A stretch of 64,000 bases of DNA from Clostridia bacterium (GTDB lineage: Bacteria; Bacillota; Clostridia; Christensenellales; CAG-138): the NCBI GenBank assembly GCA_017547885.1, contig JAFYOP010000004.1:195287-259286 (forward strand). Direction: 5' to 3'. The notes under the pieces were generated by a model. It ran no database searches, had not been told where the DNA came from, and worked only from the letters and a program-made list of their open reading frames with translations. How positions within the stretch are numbered: the first letter of the stretch is position 1; each line of letters opens with the position of its first letter. Below are positions 45,631 to 56,456 of this stretch, in pieces. Position numbers and translations under genes: made by a program.

Positions 45631-47115
45631 TTAACCGATAAATCCCTCGGAGAGGAAGTCACGCATATTGGCGGGGGGGATGGAGCCGGTGAATCTTTCT
45701 TTTGCTTCCCTGAGGCCTGCAAGGGCGGCGGGGGCGCTGAGGCCGGATATTTTGGATACTCTATCCAGCAGGTCAAACTCTTCGCCGGAGCAGTCAGCAT
45801 CCAGCGCCTTCAGTACGCTGAGGGGGAACTTGAAGGGACTGGCGGTGGAGGCGATAACGGTGGGGGTACTGTCGCCGGTGCGGGCCTTGTAGGCATCGTA
45901 TACGTTTATGGCCACAGCGGTATGGGGGTCTGCAAGGTACTGCTTATCTGCGAATACCTTCTTTATTGTTTCGGCAGCCATGGCATCATCTGCATAGCCG
46001 CAGTCAAACTGTGCCTGAATGGCGGTCTTGAGGGAATCGCTTACCTGATACCTGCCATCTTTGGAGAGGGAGGCCATGTAATCCTTTACCTCATCGGAAT
46101 CGCCGCACTCCATGTACAGCAGCCTCTCAAGGTTGGAGGAGATGAGTATATCCATGGAGGGGGAGGTGGTAAGGTAGAAGGGGCGGTTGCGGTCATATAC
46201 GCCGGTGGAGATAAAGTCCGTCAGCACGTTGTTGCTGTTGGAGGCACAGATGAAGCGGCTTACAGGCAGGCCGCATGCCTGGGCGATGCGGGCGGCAAGT
46301 ATATTGCCGAAGTTGCCTGTGGGAACACATACGTTAATGCTGTCGCCAAGGGAGATGGAGCCTTGATTTACAAGGTCGCAGTATGCGGAGAAGTAATATG
46401 CCACCTGAGGAACAAGGCGTCCCCAGTTGATGGAATTTGCGGAGGAAAGGCGCAGGCCGGATTTCAGCAGCTCTGCGTTGTAATCTGCATCGGTAAATAT
46501 GGCTTTTACACCGGTCTGTGCGTCATCAAAGTTGCCGTCTACGGCGGTGACCAGCACGTTTTCACCTTTCTGGGTGGTCATCTGCAGCTTCTGTATGGGG
46601 CTGGTGCCGCCGTTGGGATAGAATACGCAGATCTTGGTACCTTCAACGTCGGCAAAGCCCTCAAGGGCAGCCTTTCCGGTATCGCCGGAGGTGGCTACCA
46701 GTATAACTATATCCTCGTTTACGCCGTTTTTCCTTGCGGAGGCGGTGAGCAGATAGGGGAGTATCTGCAGGGCAAAGTCCTTAAAGGCGGAGGTGGGGCC
46801 GTGGAACAGCTCCAGAATGTATGCGGAATCAGATAGCTTTACCACAGGGGCAGTATTTTCTCCGAAGCGGTCCTCTGCATAGGCTGCCTTGGTATAGCGG
46901 TCAAGCTCCTCGGCGGAGAAGTCCGTAAGGAATTTTCCCATTACCATGGCGGCGCGGCCGGCATAGTTAAGCTTTGCCATATCCGCTATCTCTTCCTGGC
47001 TGAAGGAAGGGAAGCTTTCGGGCAGGAACAGGCCGCCGTCTGGGGAAATGCCGGTAAGTATGGCTTTGGATGCGGATACGGAAACGCCGCTGTCACGGGT
47101 GCAGGTGTATTTCAT
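45631..47115 (-). CDS. thrC: Threonine synthase
   Basis: LFHGPTSAFKDFALQ (PLP lysine) and overall long-form ThrC pattern. Confidence 0.95.
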   Translation of the reverse strand: MKYTCTRDSGVSVSASKAILTGISPDGGLFLPESFPSFSQEEIADMAKLNYAGRAAMVMGKFLTDFSAEELDRYTKAAYAEDRFGENTAPVVKLSDSAYILELFHGPTSAFKDFALQILPYLLTASARKNGVNEDIVILVATSGDTGKAALEGFADVEGTKICVFYPNGGTSPIQKLQMTTQKGENVLVTAVDGNFDDAQTGVKAIFTDADYNAELLKSGLRLSSANSINWGRLVPQVAYYFSAYCDLVNQGSISLGDSINVCVPTGNFGNILAARIAQACGLPVSRFICASNSNNVLTDFISTGVYDRNRPFYLTTSPSMDILISSNLERLLYMECGDSDEVKDYMASLSKDGRYQVSDSLKTAIQAQFDCGYADDAMAAETIKKVFADKQYLADPHTAVAINVYDAYKARTGDSTPTVIASTASPFKFPLSVLKALDADCSGEEFDLLDRVSKISGLSAPAALAGLREAKERFTGSIPPANMRDFLSEGFIG

Positions 47116-47491
47116 AAGGTAAGTCCTCCATGTATTTTCACAGCAATGAAATGATTATACGATGTTTGCGAAATAAATACAAGTGTTTTTATATCAGAAA
47201 CATAAGAGGGGCAAGCTGAGAAAAAATTCAGACTGTAAAAACTTAAATAAGAGAGAAAAATAAGGTGGATTGCCATATGCTTTCAACTTGTATACGTCAA
47301 AGATAACAGAGGAAAATCAGTCAAAATCTAATATAATCCAAATGCACACAACCGGTCACCGCTATTGACTTTACATTTGAAATAGGGCAAAATATATATG
47401 TTGATAGTTAATATAAAATATCCAAGATATGTCTGTTTGAAAAATCCTTATTATTAATTATTACATAAAATGAAACACGGAGGTCGCATCA

Positions 47492-48883
47492 ATGCGAGCA
47501 TGGGAAATCGAAAAAATGTCAATCGAAAGCCAGATCCCCGTCAGGCTTGAGGATGACAACGAGGTTCTCTGGGAGGAACAGACCAATTCCGTAGAAGAGC
47601 GTCTGGATGCAGCCGTTAAGATTTACTGGGGCTCAAGGGTGCCCGGCTCCTTGGCACGGGATACCATGGCCGTTGCTGCCATACAGGCTCAGGAAAACCA
47701 GGGCACAATAGTGCCCAATGCGGAGCAGCTGCTGCTGGCAGGCTTCCGAGCCGTTACCGAGGACGATATTTCCGGTCTCCACAGAGCCACATATGCCCTC
47801 TTTGAGGGATGCCGCAATGCGGTAAAGGATGAAACTTCCGACTACTGGAATTTCAATTTTTACGAGACCTTTGAAGATTATGAAAAGGCAGTATCCTTCC
47901 CCGAGCCTGTAAAGGTGGATATGGGAGATGACCTTATGAACCGCATACACGCCGGCTGGCTTTGCCAGATAATTGGCGGAGCATACGGCACTTGCCTTGA
48001 AGGCTACAAGACCGACAACATACTCAAGGCATACAACCGCATCGACAAGTATCTTCGCAAGCCAAATACCTATAACGACGATATCACCTATGAGCTTGCG
48101 CTGCTTTGCGCATACGAAAAGCACGGCAAGGCCACCAACAGCCATGATATAGCAGACGAGTGGCTGGCACGCATAGGCTTTGGTTGGTCCGCGGAGGACA
48201 TGGCTCTTCGCAATCTGCGCTGCGGCATACTGCCCCCTGAGAGCGGCCGTTTCAACAACCCCTATCGCGAGTGGATAGGCGCCCAGATGCGCGGCGTAAT
48301 ACTTGGCCAGCTGTATCCCGGCAATCCCCGCGAAGCTGCAAGGGCCGCATGGCAGGATGCCGAGATATCCCACTACCACAACGGCATACTGGGCGAAGTG
48401 TTCAACGCTGTGCTGTGCTCCATGGCCTTCTACGAGAAGGATATAAAGACTCTGGTTGAAAAGGCGATCGCCCTTATTCCCTCTGATACAGAGTATTACA
48501 GCATAGTCAGGTTTGCCCTTGACCGCTGCAAGGAAAGCGACAACTGGAAAGACGCATGGAAGCCCTGCGAAAAGAAGGTTGAGCGCTATAACTGGGTACA
48601 CAGCTATCCCAACGCCGCCGCAGAGGTGATAGCTCTTTGGTTCGGTGAAGGGGACTTTACCCGTACCATTGAAGTATGTGGTCTGTGCGGACAGGACGTT
48701 GACTGCAACGCCGCCCAGATAATGACTGTATGGGGCACCATATTCGGTCTGGATGCCATTCCTTCCTATTGGAAAGACCCCATTGGGGACAAGCTGGATA
48801 CATATGTGCGGGGCATGCGTGTTCTGAGCATACAGAAGCTGTCCGAGCGCACCGCAAACGTAGCCAGAGCTCTGGCTGAATAA
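47492..48883 (+). CDS. ADP-ribosylglycohydrolase family protein
   Basis: GQDVDCNAAQIMTVWG and the N-terminal GAYGTCLEG pattern. GGAGG lies 8 nt upstream of the ATG. Confidence 0.75.
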   Translation: MRAWEIEKMSIESQIPVRLEDDNEVLWEEQTNSVEERLDAAVKIYWGSRVPGSLARDTMAVAAIQAQENQGTIVPNAEQLLLAGFRAVTEDDISGLHRATYALFEGCRNAVKDETSDYWNFNFYETFEDYEKAVSFPEPVKVDMGDDLMNRIHAGWLCQIIGGAYGTCLEGYKTDNILKAYNRIDKYLRKPNTYNDDITYELALLCAYEKHGKATNSHDIADEWLARIGFGWSAEDMALRNLRCGILPPESGRFNNPYREWIGAQMRGVILGQLYPGNPREAARAAWQDAEISHYHNGILGEVFNAVLCSMAFYEKDIKTLVEKAIALIPSDTEYYSIVRFALDRCKESDNWKDAWKPCEKKVERYNWVHSYPNAAAEVIALWFGEGDFTRTIEVCGLCGQDVDCNAAQIMTVWGTIFGLDAIPSYWKDPIGDKLDTYVRGMRVLSIQKLSERTANVARALAE

Positions 48884-48952
48884 CTTACGTTAATATCCGG
48901 AAACCGGATGTTATAATGCCCGAAAAGGGCGCAAATTGAAAGGAGAAAAATA

Positions 48953-50026
48953 ATGAAGAAACTGATTGCTGTCCTGATGGTACTGGCAATGGTACTGGCC
49001 TTTGTAGGCTGTGCCAAGGAACCCGCTGTTGAAGAACCCGTAGCAGAAGGTGCCGCTGCTGAAGAAGCCGCCGACAAGATCCGTCTGGTATACATCATCA
49101 ACGGTACTCTGGGTGACAAGTCCTTCTTTGATTCCGGTAAGGAAGGCCTTGACATGATCAACGAGCAGTATGGCGACAAGTTCTATACTGAAGTTCGTGA
49201 AATGTCCTATGATTCCTCCGTATGGGAGTCCTCCGCCATGGATATCGCTTCCGAGGGCTGGGATATCATCGTAATGGGTACCTGGGATATGAAGGCCACC
49301 GCAGCAAAGATCGCTGAAGAATATCCCGAAACCAAGGTTTGGTATTTCGATGAGCAGTGGGACTTTGAAGCCAGCCCCGTAGACAACGCCTACGGTATGC
49401 TCTTCGCTCAGAACGAAGGCTCCTACCTGGTAGGTATGGCTGCTGCCCGCGCTTCCAAGACCGGTAAGGTTGCCTTCATGGGCGGCTATGAGAACACCGT
49501 TCTGCAGGACTTCGCAGTTGGTTACGCTCAGGGTGCCAAGGCTGTTAACCCCGATATCGATGTTAACGTAAGCTGGACCCAGAGCTTTGACGATGTTTCC
49601 ATCGGCAAGGACATCTCCCTGGGCCTCTATCAGCAGGGCTACGACGTAGTATTCTCCTGCTGCGGCAACTGCGGCCTCGGCGCATTTGACGCTGTTGTAG
49701 AAATGGGCGAAGGCTACCATGTAATCGGCGTTGACGGCAACCAGGGCGCATATTGGGAGTCCATCGGCGAAACTGCCAAGGCTGCTGCCACCATCACCTC
49801 CATGCAGAAGAACGTTAACAACGCTTTCCTGCGTGCTGCCGGCCTCCATCTGGAAGGCACCTGCCCCTACGGCACCAATGAGACCCTCGGTCTGGCTGAG
49901 GGCGGCGTAAGCTTCTCCGTAACCGATGCTACCAAGGCCATCCTGGGTGACGAAGTGATCGCTGAGATGGAAAAGGCTCAGGCTGATATTGCAAGCGGCG
50001 CTATCGCCGTAGATACCGCTTTCTAA
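48953..50026 (+). CDS. BMP-family (PnrA/Med-like) nucleoside ABC transporter substrate-binding lipoprotein
   Basis: Lipobox FVGC, acidic linker and BMP-type motifs (GTLGDKSFFDSG, GVDGNQ). Confidence 0.9.
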   Translation: MKKLIAVLMVLAMVLAFVGCAKEPAVEEPVAEGAAAEEAADKIRLVYIINGTLGDKSFFDSGKEGLDMINEQYGDKFYTEVREMSYDSSVWESSAMDIASEGWDIIVMGTWDMKATAAKIAEEYPETKVWYFDEQWDFEASPVDNAYGMLFAQNEGSYLVGMAAARASKTGKVAFMGGYENTVLQDFAVGYAQGAKAVNPDIDVNVSWTQSFDDVSIGKDISLGLYQQGYDVVFSCCGNCGLGAFDAVVEMGEGYHVIGVDGNQGAYWESIGETAKAAATITSMQKNVNNAFLRAAGLHLEGTCPYGTNETLGLAEGGVSFSVTDATKAILGDEVIAEMEKAQADIASGAIAVDTAF

Positions 50027-50075
50027 AGCTAAAACCGGAGATTTCACCGTAAATACCAAACGGTAAAGAGAAAAG

Positions 50076-50118
50076 CTCTGGCCGTTACACTATGTGCTGA
50101 CGGCCAGAGTTCCTTTTT
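50076..50118 (+). terminator. Hairpin (attenuator/terminator) between the substrate-binding protein (SBP) gene and the ATPase gene
   Basis: CTCTGGCCG...CGGCCAGAG followed by TTCCTTTTT. Confidence 0.55.
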
Positions 50119-50142
50119 AAATAAACAAAAGGAGAACGGCAG

Positions 50143-51685
<1,543 letters not shown>

Positions 51686-51693
<8 letters not shown>

Positions 51694-52849
51694 GGCTGAA
51701 AAGACTAAGAACACAAAGACCATCAGGCAGATGCTGGACTACAACAGCCTTAGCGTTAAGTCCAAGCATAACCTGCTGCGCACTGCCGCCGCCATAGGCA
51801 TAGGCCTGAGCGTGGCGCTGGTGCTGATACTGCTCACCGCAAAGAATCCCGGCCAGGCGGTAAAGTATTTCCTTGCCGCCCCCTTCATGAGCAAGGCTTA
51901 TTTCTCCCATCTGATAGAGGTCATAATCCCCCTGCTGTTTACCGGCAGCGCCGTGTGCATTATGTTCTCTGCAAATCAGTTTAACCTGGGTCTTGAGGGT
52001 TCCTTCTATCTGGGCGGACTTATTGCGGCAGTATCCGGCATTTACCTTGTAACCGATGTGCCCTTTATCAGTCCTCTTGTGGGCATATTGCTGGGCGGTA
52101 TCGTAGGCGCCATCATCACAATGATACCTGCGCTGCTTCAGTATAAATGGAACGCAAACGTACTGGTATCTTCCCTGATGATGAACTACATCTGCCTTTA
52201 CGTTGGCCTGTTCCTGCTGTTCCATTACTTCAAGGATCCCGCATCCAGCCAGCACTCCTACCCCATCGGTGATGCGGCTGCCCTTACCTCCTTCTTCAAG
52301 GGCACAAAGATACATTCCGGTATCATTATCGCTGCGCTGGTGACGGTATTCTCCTATCTGCTGCTGTATCGCACCAAGACCGGCTACTCCCTGAGAGCCA
52401 CCGGCCAGAACCCCATTTTTGCCAAGTATTCCGGACTTAATGTGGGAGCTCTCGCCGTGTTCAGCCAGATCATCGGCGGATTTATCGGCGGCATGGGCGG
52501 CGCAGTTCAGATGCTGGGTCTGTATGAGCGTTTCCAGTGGGTAGACCTTACCAACTTTGGCTGGGACGGTGTTACCATTGCCATATTCGCAAAGAACAAC
52601 CCTAAGTACCTGCCTCTGGCCACCCTGTTTATAGCCTACTTCCGTACCGGCGCATGGGTAATGTCCTTTAAGGCCGGCGTACAGATAGACCTTGTATCCG
52701 TATTTGAAGGTATAATGGTACTGTTCCTGCTGGCGGAAAGATTCCTGGCAGGCACCTACAAGAAGATGGTATTCGAGGATGCGGACCGCAAGCGCAAGGA
52801 GCGCGAGGCTCTCGAGAACAATATGGATAAGGAGGGCGCACAGGCATGA
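51686..52849 (+). CDS. ABC transporter permease (BMP/nucleoside type)
   Basis: Polytopic. I prefer the TTG at 51686 (GGAGGTG 6 nt upstream) over the ORF-track TTG at 51671. Confidence 0.8.
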
Positions 52850-53790
52850 CTGGCTTCTGGGAAAATTTAGCTGGCATATTCACCAATGCAAACTTCTACT
52901 TTGCTGTTATCCGCGTAACCGCGCCTATCCTCTTTGCCACGCTGGGCTGTGCCATTGCCGAAAAGGCAGGCAGCACCAACATGGGTATGGAAGGTATAAT
53001 GCTGGTTTCCGCCTTTACCGGCGTTATTGCCTCCGCCTTCTCAGGCAGCGTATGGGTGGGCCTTATCGCCGCCCTTATCGCGGGCGTTCTTATGGGCCTT
53101 GTGGTAGCATACTTTGCCCTTAAGCTCAAGGTTGATATTATTCTGGTCGGTATAGCGGTAAACCTTATCGGCACAGGCCTTACGGGCTTCCTTATTTACG
53201 TATTTACCGGCGACCGTTCCACTACCACCTCCCTCCAGAGCGGTATGCTGCCTCAGCTTAATATCCCCGGACTTCAGGATATACCGGTGTTGGGCAGCAT
53301 ACTTTCCGGCCATAACATACTCACCTACCTTTCCTACATCATGGTAGCCATTATGGCATTCCTGATGTATAAGACCTGTCTTGGCCTTCGCATCAGGGCG
53401 GTGGGCGAGAATCCCGATGCGGCAGCCTCCGTTGGCGTTGGCGTAAACAAGACCAAGACCATCGCTTTGGCTATATCCGGCCTTATGGGCGGATTCGCAG
53501 GTGCATTCATGTCCATGGCATACCTGTCCTACTTTGCAAAGGGTATCACCGCCGGCCGCGGCTACATAGCCCTTGCCGCCTGCGCCATGGGCAGCGCGAA
53601 TCCTCTGGGCTCCATGCTCACCTCCATACTGTTCGGTTTCTTCTATGCATTGTCCACCTATGCAAGGACCCTGAACATACCGGATCAGCTGGTTACCACT
53701 CTGCCTTACCTTGCAACCCTTGTGGGCTTGGTAATCTACTCCATAAAGGTACGCCAGAACGAGCTGAAGAAGCTGAATACCAAGGAATAA
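52846..53790 (+). CDS. ABC transporter permease (BMP/nucleoside type)
   Basis: Polytopic. ATGA start/stop overlap with the upstream permease. Confidence 0.9.
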   Translation: MTGFWENLAGIFTNANFYFAVIRVTAPILFATLGCAIAEKAGSTNMGMEGIMLVSAFTGVIASAFSGSVWVGLIAALIAGVLMGLVVAYFALKLKVDIILVGIAVNLIGTGLTGFLIYVFTGDRSTTTSLQSGMLPQLNIPGLQDIPVLGSILSGHNILTYLSYIMVAIMAFLMYKTCLGLRIRAVGENPDAAASVGVGVNKTKTIALAISGLMGGFAGAFMSMAYLSYFAKGITAGRGYIALAACAMGSANPLGSMLTSILFGFFYALSTYARTLNIPDQLVTTLPYLATLVGLVIYSIKVRQNELKKLNTKE

Positions 53791-53804
53791 CCAAAACAAT
53801 GCGC

Positions 53805-53836
53805 AAAACGCCGAAGCTTATGCTTCGGCGTTTTTA
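53805..53836 (+). terminator. Rho-independent terminator
   Basis: ACGCCGAAGC-TTAT-GCTTCGGCGT followed by TTTT. Confidence 0.8.
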
Positions 53837-53885
53837 TTTATGTAATGCAATGGTGTTTTTGCAGTCATGTGGTATACTTTATTAA

Positions 53886-54680
53886 ATGAGCATGACAAAT
53901 CGAGCAGAAAAGGGGGACATTGCCGTGGATATTATCCAGACTTTCTATGATAATCTGGCTTCCCAATACGACAAGCTTTTTCTGGACTGGCAGGCCACAA
54001 CACAGGAGCAGGCTGTAATTCTCAATAAAATATTTAAGGATAACGGATTTGACGGCACTGCCGGAATTCTTGACTGTGCCTGCGGAATAGGCACACAGGC
54101 CATAGGCCTTGCGGCGATGGGCTATAATGTGACCGGTTCGGATATAAGTGAAGGAGAGCTGGCGGAGGCGAAGCAGCGGGCAGCAAGGAATGGCGTGAAT
54201 ATACGCTTTGAATACGCCGATTTCTGCGCCCTGTCTGATACCTTTTCAGAGCGGTTTGACATTGTTATTGCCATGGATAACGCCCTGCCACATATGCTTT
54301 CAAGGGAAGCGCTGGAGGCCGCCGTAAGAAGCATTACGGGTCAAATTGCCCCAGGCGGTATGTTTGTTGCAAGTATCAGGGACTATGACGCGCTGCTTAA
54401 GGATAAGCCGCCCTATTCTCCTCCGTATATCCATAAGACCCCAAAGGGACAAAAGGTATCCTTCCAGACCTGGAACTGGGAAGGGGACAATTACAGGCTT
54501 ACCCAGTATATCATTGAGGATGAGGAAAACCTTAACATAAGCAAGTTTGAATGCGAATACAGGGCCACCCGAAGGGAGGAACTGACTGAACTGCTTATTT
54601 CCAATGGATGCGGCAGGGTTGAGTGGAAGTTCCCCGAGGAAACCGGATTTTATCAGCCCATAGTTATAGCAAGGAAGTAA
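53886..54680 (+). CDS. Class I SAM-dependent methyltransferase
   Basis: Motif I ILDCACGIGTQA and post-I GSDIS. Confidence 0.85.
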   Translation: MSMTNRAEKGDIAVDIIQTFYDNLASQYDKLFLDWQATTQEQAVILNKIFKDNGFDGTAGILDCACGIGTQAIGLAAMGYNVTGSDISEGELAEAKQRAARNGVNIRFEYADFCALSDTFSERFDIVIAMDNALPHMLSREALEAAVRSITGQIAPGGMFVASIRDYDALLKDKPPYSPPYIHKTPKGQKVSFQTWNWEGDNYRLTQYIIEDEENLNISKFECEYRATRREELTELLISNGCGRVEWKFPEETGFYQPIVIARK

Positions 54681-54685
54681 AAGGC

Positions 54686-55204
54686 ATGGTTATATTGATT
54701 GCGGGGGCATCCCATACCGGCAAGACCGCCCTTGCCCAAAGGCTGCTGGAAAAATATAAATATCCTTATCTTTCCATAGACCATTTGAAAATGGGCCTGA
54801 TACGCAGCGGAAATACCGAGCTTACGCCTATGGACGAAGATGCCGAATTAACCGCATACCTGTGGCCCATTGTGCGGGAAATTATCAAAACGGCAATTGA
54901 AAACAAGCAGAATCTTATTGTTGAAGGCTGCTATATTCCCTTTGACTGGCAAAAGGACTTTGCGGAAGAATATCTGAACAATATAAAGTACTATTGCCTT
55001 GTAATGAGTAGGGAATACATAGAGAATCACTTTGATGATATCAAAAAATATGCCTGCGTTATTGAACAGCGGCTGGATTGTGATATCACGAGGGAAAGCG
55101 TGACAGAGGATAACGAGCGAACTTTGGCACTTGCAAAAAAGCACAATGTAAACTATGTGCTTATCGACGGTGAGTATGAAGTCGATATAGAAATCAGTCA
55201 GTAA
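54686..55204 (+). CDS. P-loop NTPase / small-molecule kinase-like protein
   Basis: Walker A IAGASHTGKT at the extreme N-terminus of the ATG-54686 model. 172 aa. Confidence 0.65.
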   Translation: MVILIAGASHTGKTALAQRLLEKYKYPYLSIDHLKMGLIRSGNTELTPMDEDAELTAYLWPIVREIIKTAIENKQNLIVEGCYIPFDWQKDFAEEYLNNIKYYCLVMSREYIENHFDDIKKYACVIEQRLDCDITRESVTEDNERTLALAKKHNVNYVLIDGEYEVDIEISQ

Positions 55205-55223
55205 GGGAGTTGAGTAGGAATAT

Positions 55224-55436
55224 ATGAGAAAATGTCTGAGATGCGAAGCGCAGATGGTTGAGGATTTGGCTGTGATGGTAACAAACAAGCCCATCGGCAT
55301 TGAGGTGCGTGAGCAGGGCATGTTCAAAATGCCCCTGGAAAAGATAAAATGCGCCGTATGCCCTCAGTGCGGATATGTGGAAACCTATGTGGAGGTTTCC
55401 CACTTTATCAAAAAACTGGCGGAAAAAGACAGCTGA
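55224..55436 (+). CDS. Small zinc-ribbon protein (70 aa)
   Basis: CLRC...CPQC pair. Tightly follows the kinase-like gene. Confidence 0.45.
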   Translation: MRKCLRCEAQMVEDLAVMVTNKPIGIEVREQGMFKMPLEKIKCAVCPQCGYVETYVEVSHFIKKLAEKDS

Positions 55437-55454
55437 TTTTTAATACAACAACAT

Positions 55455-55482
55455 AAAAGCCCGGCATGAGCCGGGCTTTTTC
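55455..55482. terminator. Bidirectional terminator
   Basis: AAAGCCCGG-CATGAG-CCGGGCTTT flanked by A/T runs. Confidence 0.75.
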
Positions 55483-55493
55483 TTTGCGCTGAG

Positions 55494-56357
55494 TTAATGG
55501 GGGGCAACTTCCTTGGATTCCTTGCTTACCACCATTACCTCGCCTATAACGCCGATGATAACTACGACGAACCCTATAAGGCCGATGGTGTCTGTCCATT
55601 CGCCCAGGAACAGAGCAACCCATGTGGGGGCAAGCACCATCTCAATGGGAGCCAGCATGCCGGCGGTCTTACTGCTGATGTGCCGCACGCCCATGTAGTA
55701 AAAAGCGTATCCGCCGCCGAACTGCACTATGCCCAGCACCAGTATCATAAACCACGCGGAGGAGGGCACGGACATCACTGCCTGCATAGGGGCGGGTATC
55801 ATAAAGATGAATATCACGATGGAAAGGAACAGGCAGCAGAGGGAGGCTGTGCCGATGGGGCAGTCGCCAACTACACGCTTGCTGAAGTAGGTCATGGCGG
55901 CGTGGGTAAAGCTGGTGCAAAGTGCAATGAGATTGCCCGCCATGGTAACCCCTTCGCCCCTTGAGAACATAAACAGTACTATGCCTATCAGCAGCACGAT
56001 AAGGGGCCAGGTGCGCTCAAGGGAAAAACGCTCGCCCTTTTTGCGCTCTGCAAGGTACAGCCATATGGGGGAGGTGAACTGTATGCCTATGGCAACGGGA
56101 GTGCTGGTCATGCGCACAGAGTAGATTATAAGGGTGCACTGGCCTGTGAAGGCGATGAACAGCAGCAGGGTATTAAGGTTCCAGTTTATCTTTTTTATCC
56201 GCAGGAAGGGCAGCAGTACAATGCCGCCTATGGCGCCCCTGAGGGCGGACAGCAGCAGGCCGTCCACGGATATGGTTTTGAGCAGTATGGCGTTAAGGCT
56301 GAACAGGGCGGCGCCCAGTATGGTAAGAGCCATGCCCATGTGTGTTTTGTTCTGCAT
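55494..56357 (-). CDS. DMT-superfamily (EamA-like) transporter
   Basis: Ten TM segments arranged as two EamA-like halves. Confidence 0.85.
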   Translation of the reverse strand: MQNKTHMGMALTILGAALFSLNAILLKTISVDGLLLSALRGAIGGIVLLPFLRIKKINWNLNTLLLFIAFTGQCTLIIYSVRMTSTPVAIGIQFTSPIWLYLAERKKGERFSLERTWPLIVLLIGIVLFMFSRGEGVTMAGNLIALCTSFTHAAMTYFSKRVVGDCPIGTASLCCLFLSIVIFIFMIPAPMQAVMSVPSSAWFMILVLGIVQFGGGYAFYYMGVRHISSKTAGMLAPIEMVLAPTWVALFLGEWTDTIGLIGFVVVIIGVIGEVMVVSKESKEVAPH

Positions 56358-56421
56358 TGAGTCCTCTTATTTATAGTGTATTTGATGGTCCACCAAGGAT
56401 TATATGGGCAAAAGGCGGCGC

Positions 56422-56450
56422 TGTCAAATATACAAGGAGTATGGTATAAT
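56422..56450 (+). promoter_or_regulatory. Putative extended -10 promoter placing the transcription start at or near the downstream ATG
   Basis: TGTCAA-17 nt-(TGg)TATAAT. The A of ATG 56457 is the 7th nt after the -10 hexamer. No Shine-Dalgarno sequence lies at a usable distance. Confidence 0.3.
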
Positions 56451-56456
56451 TTCTAT

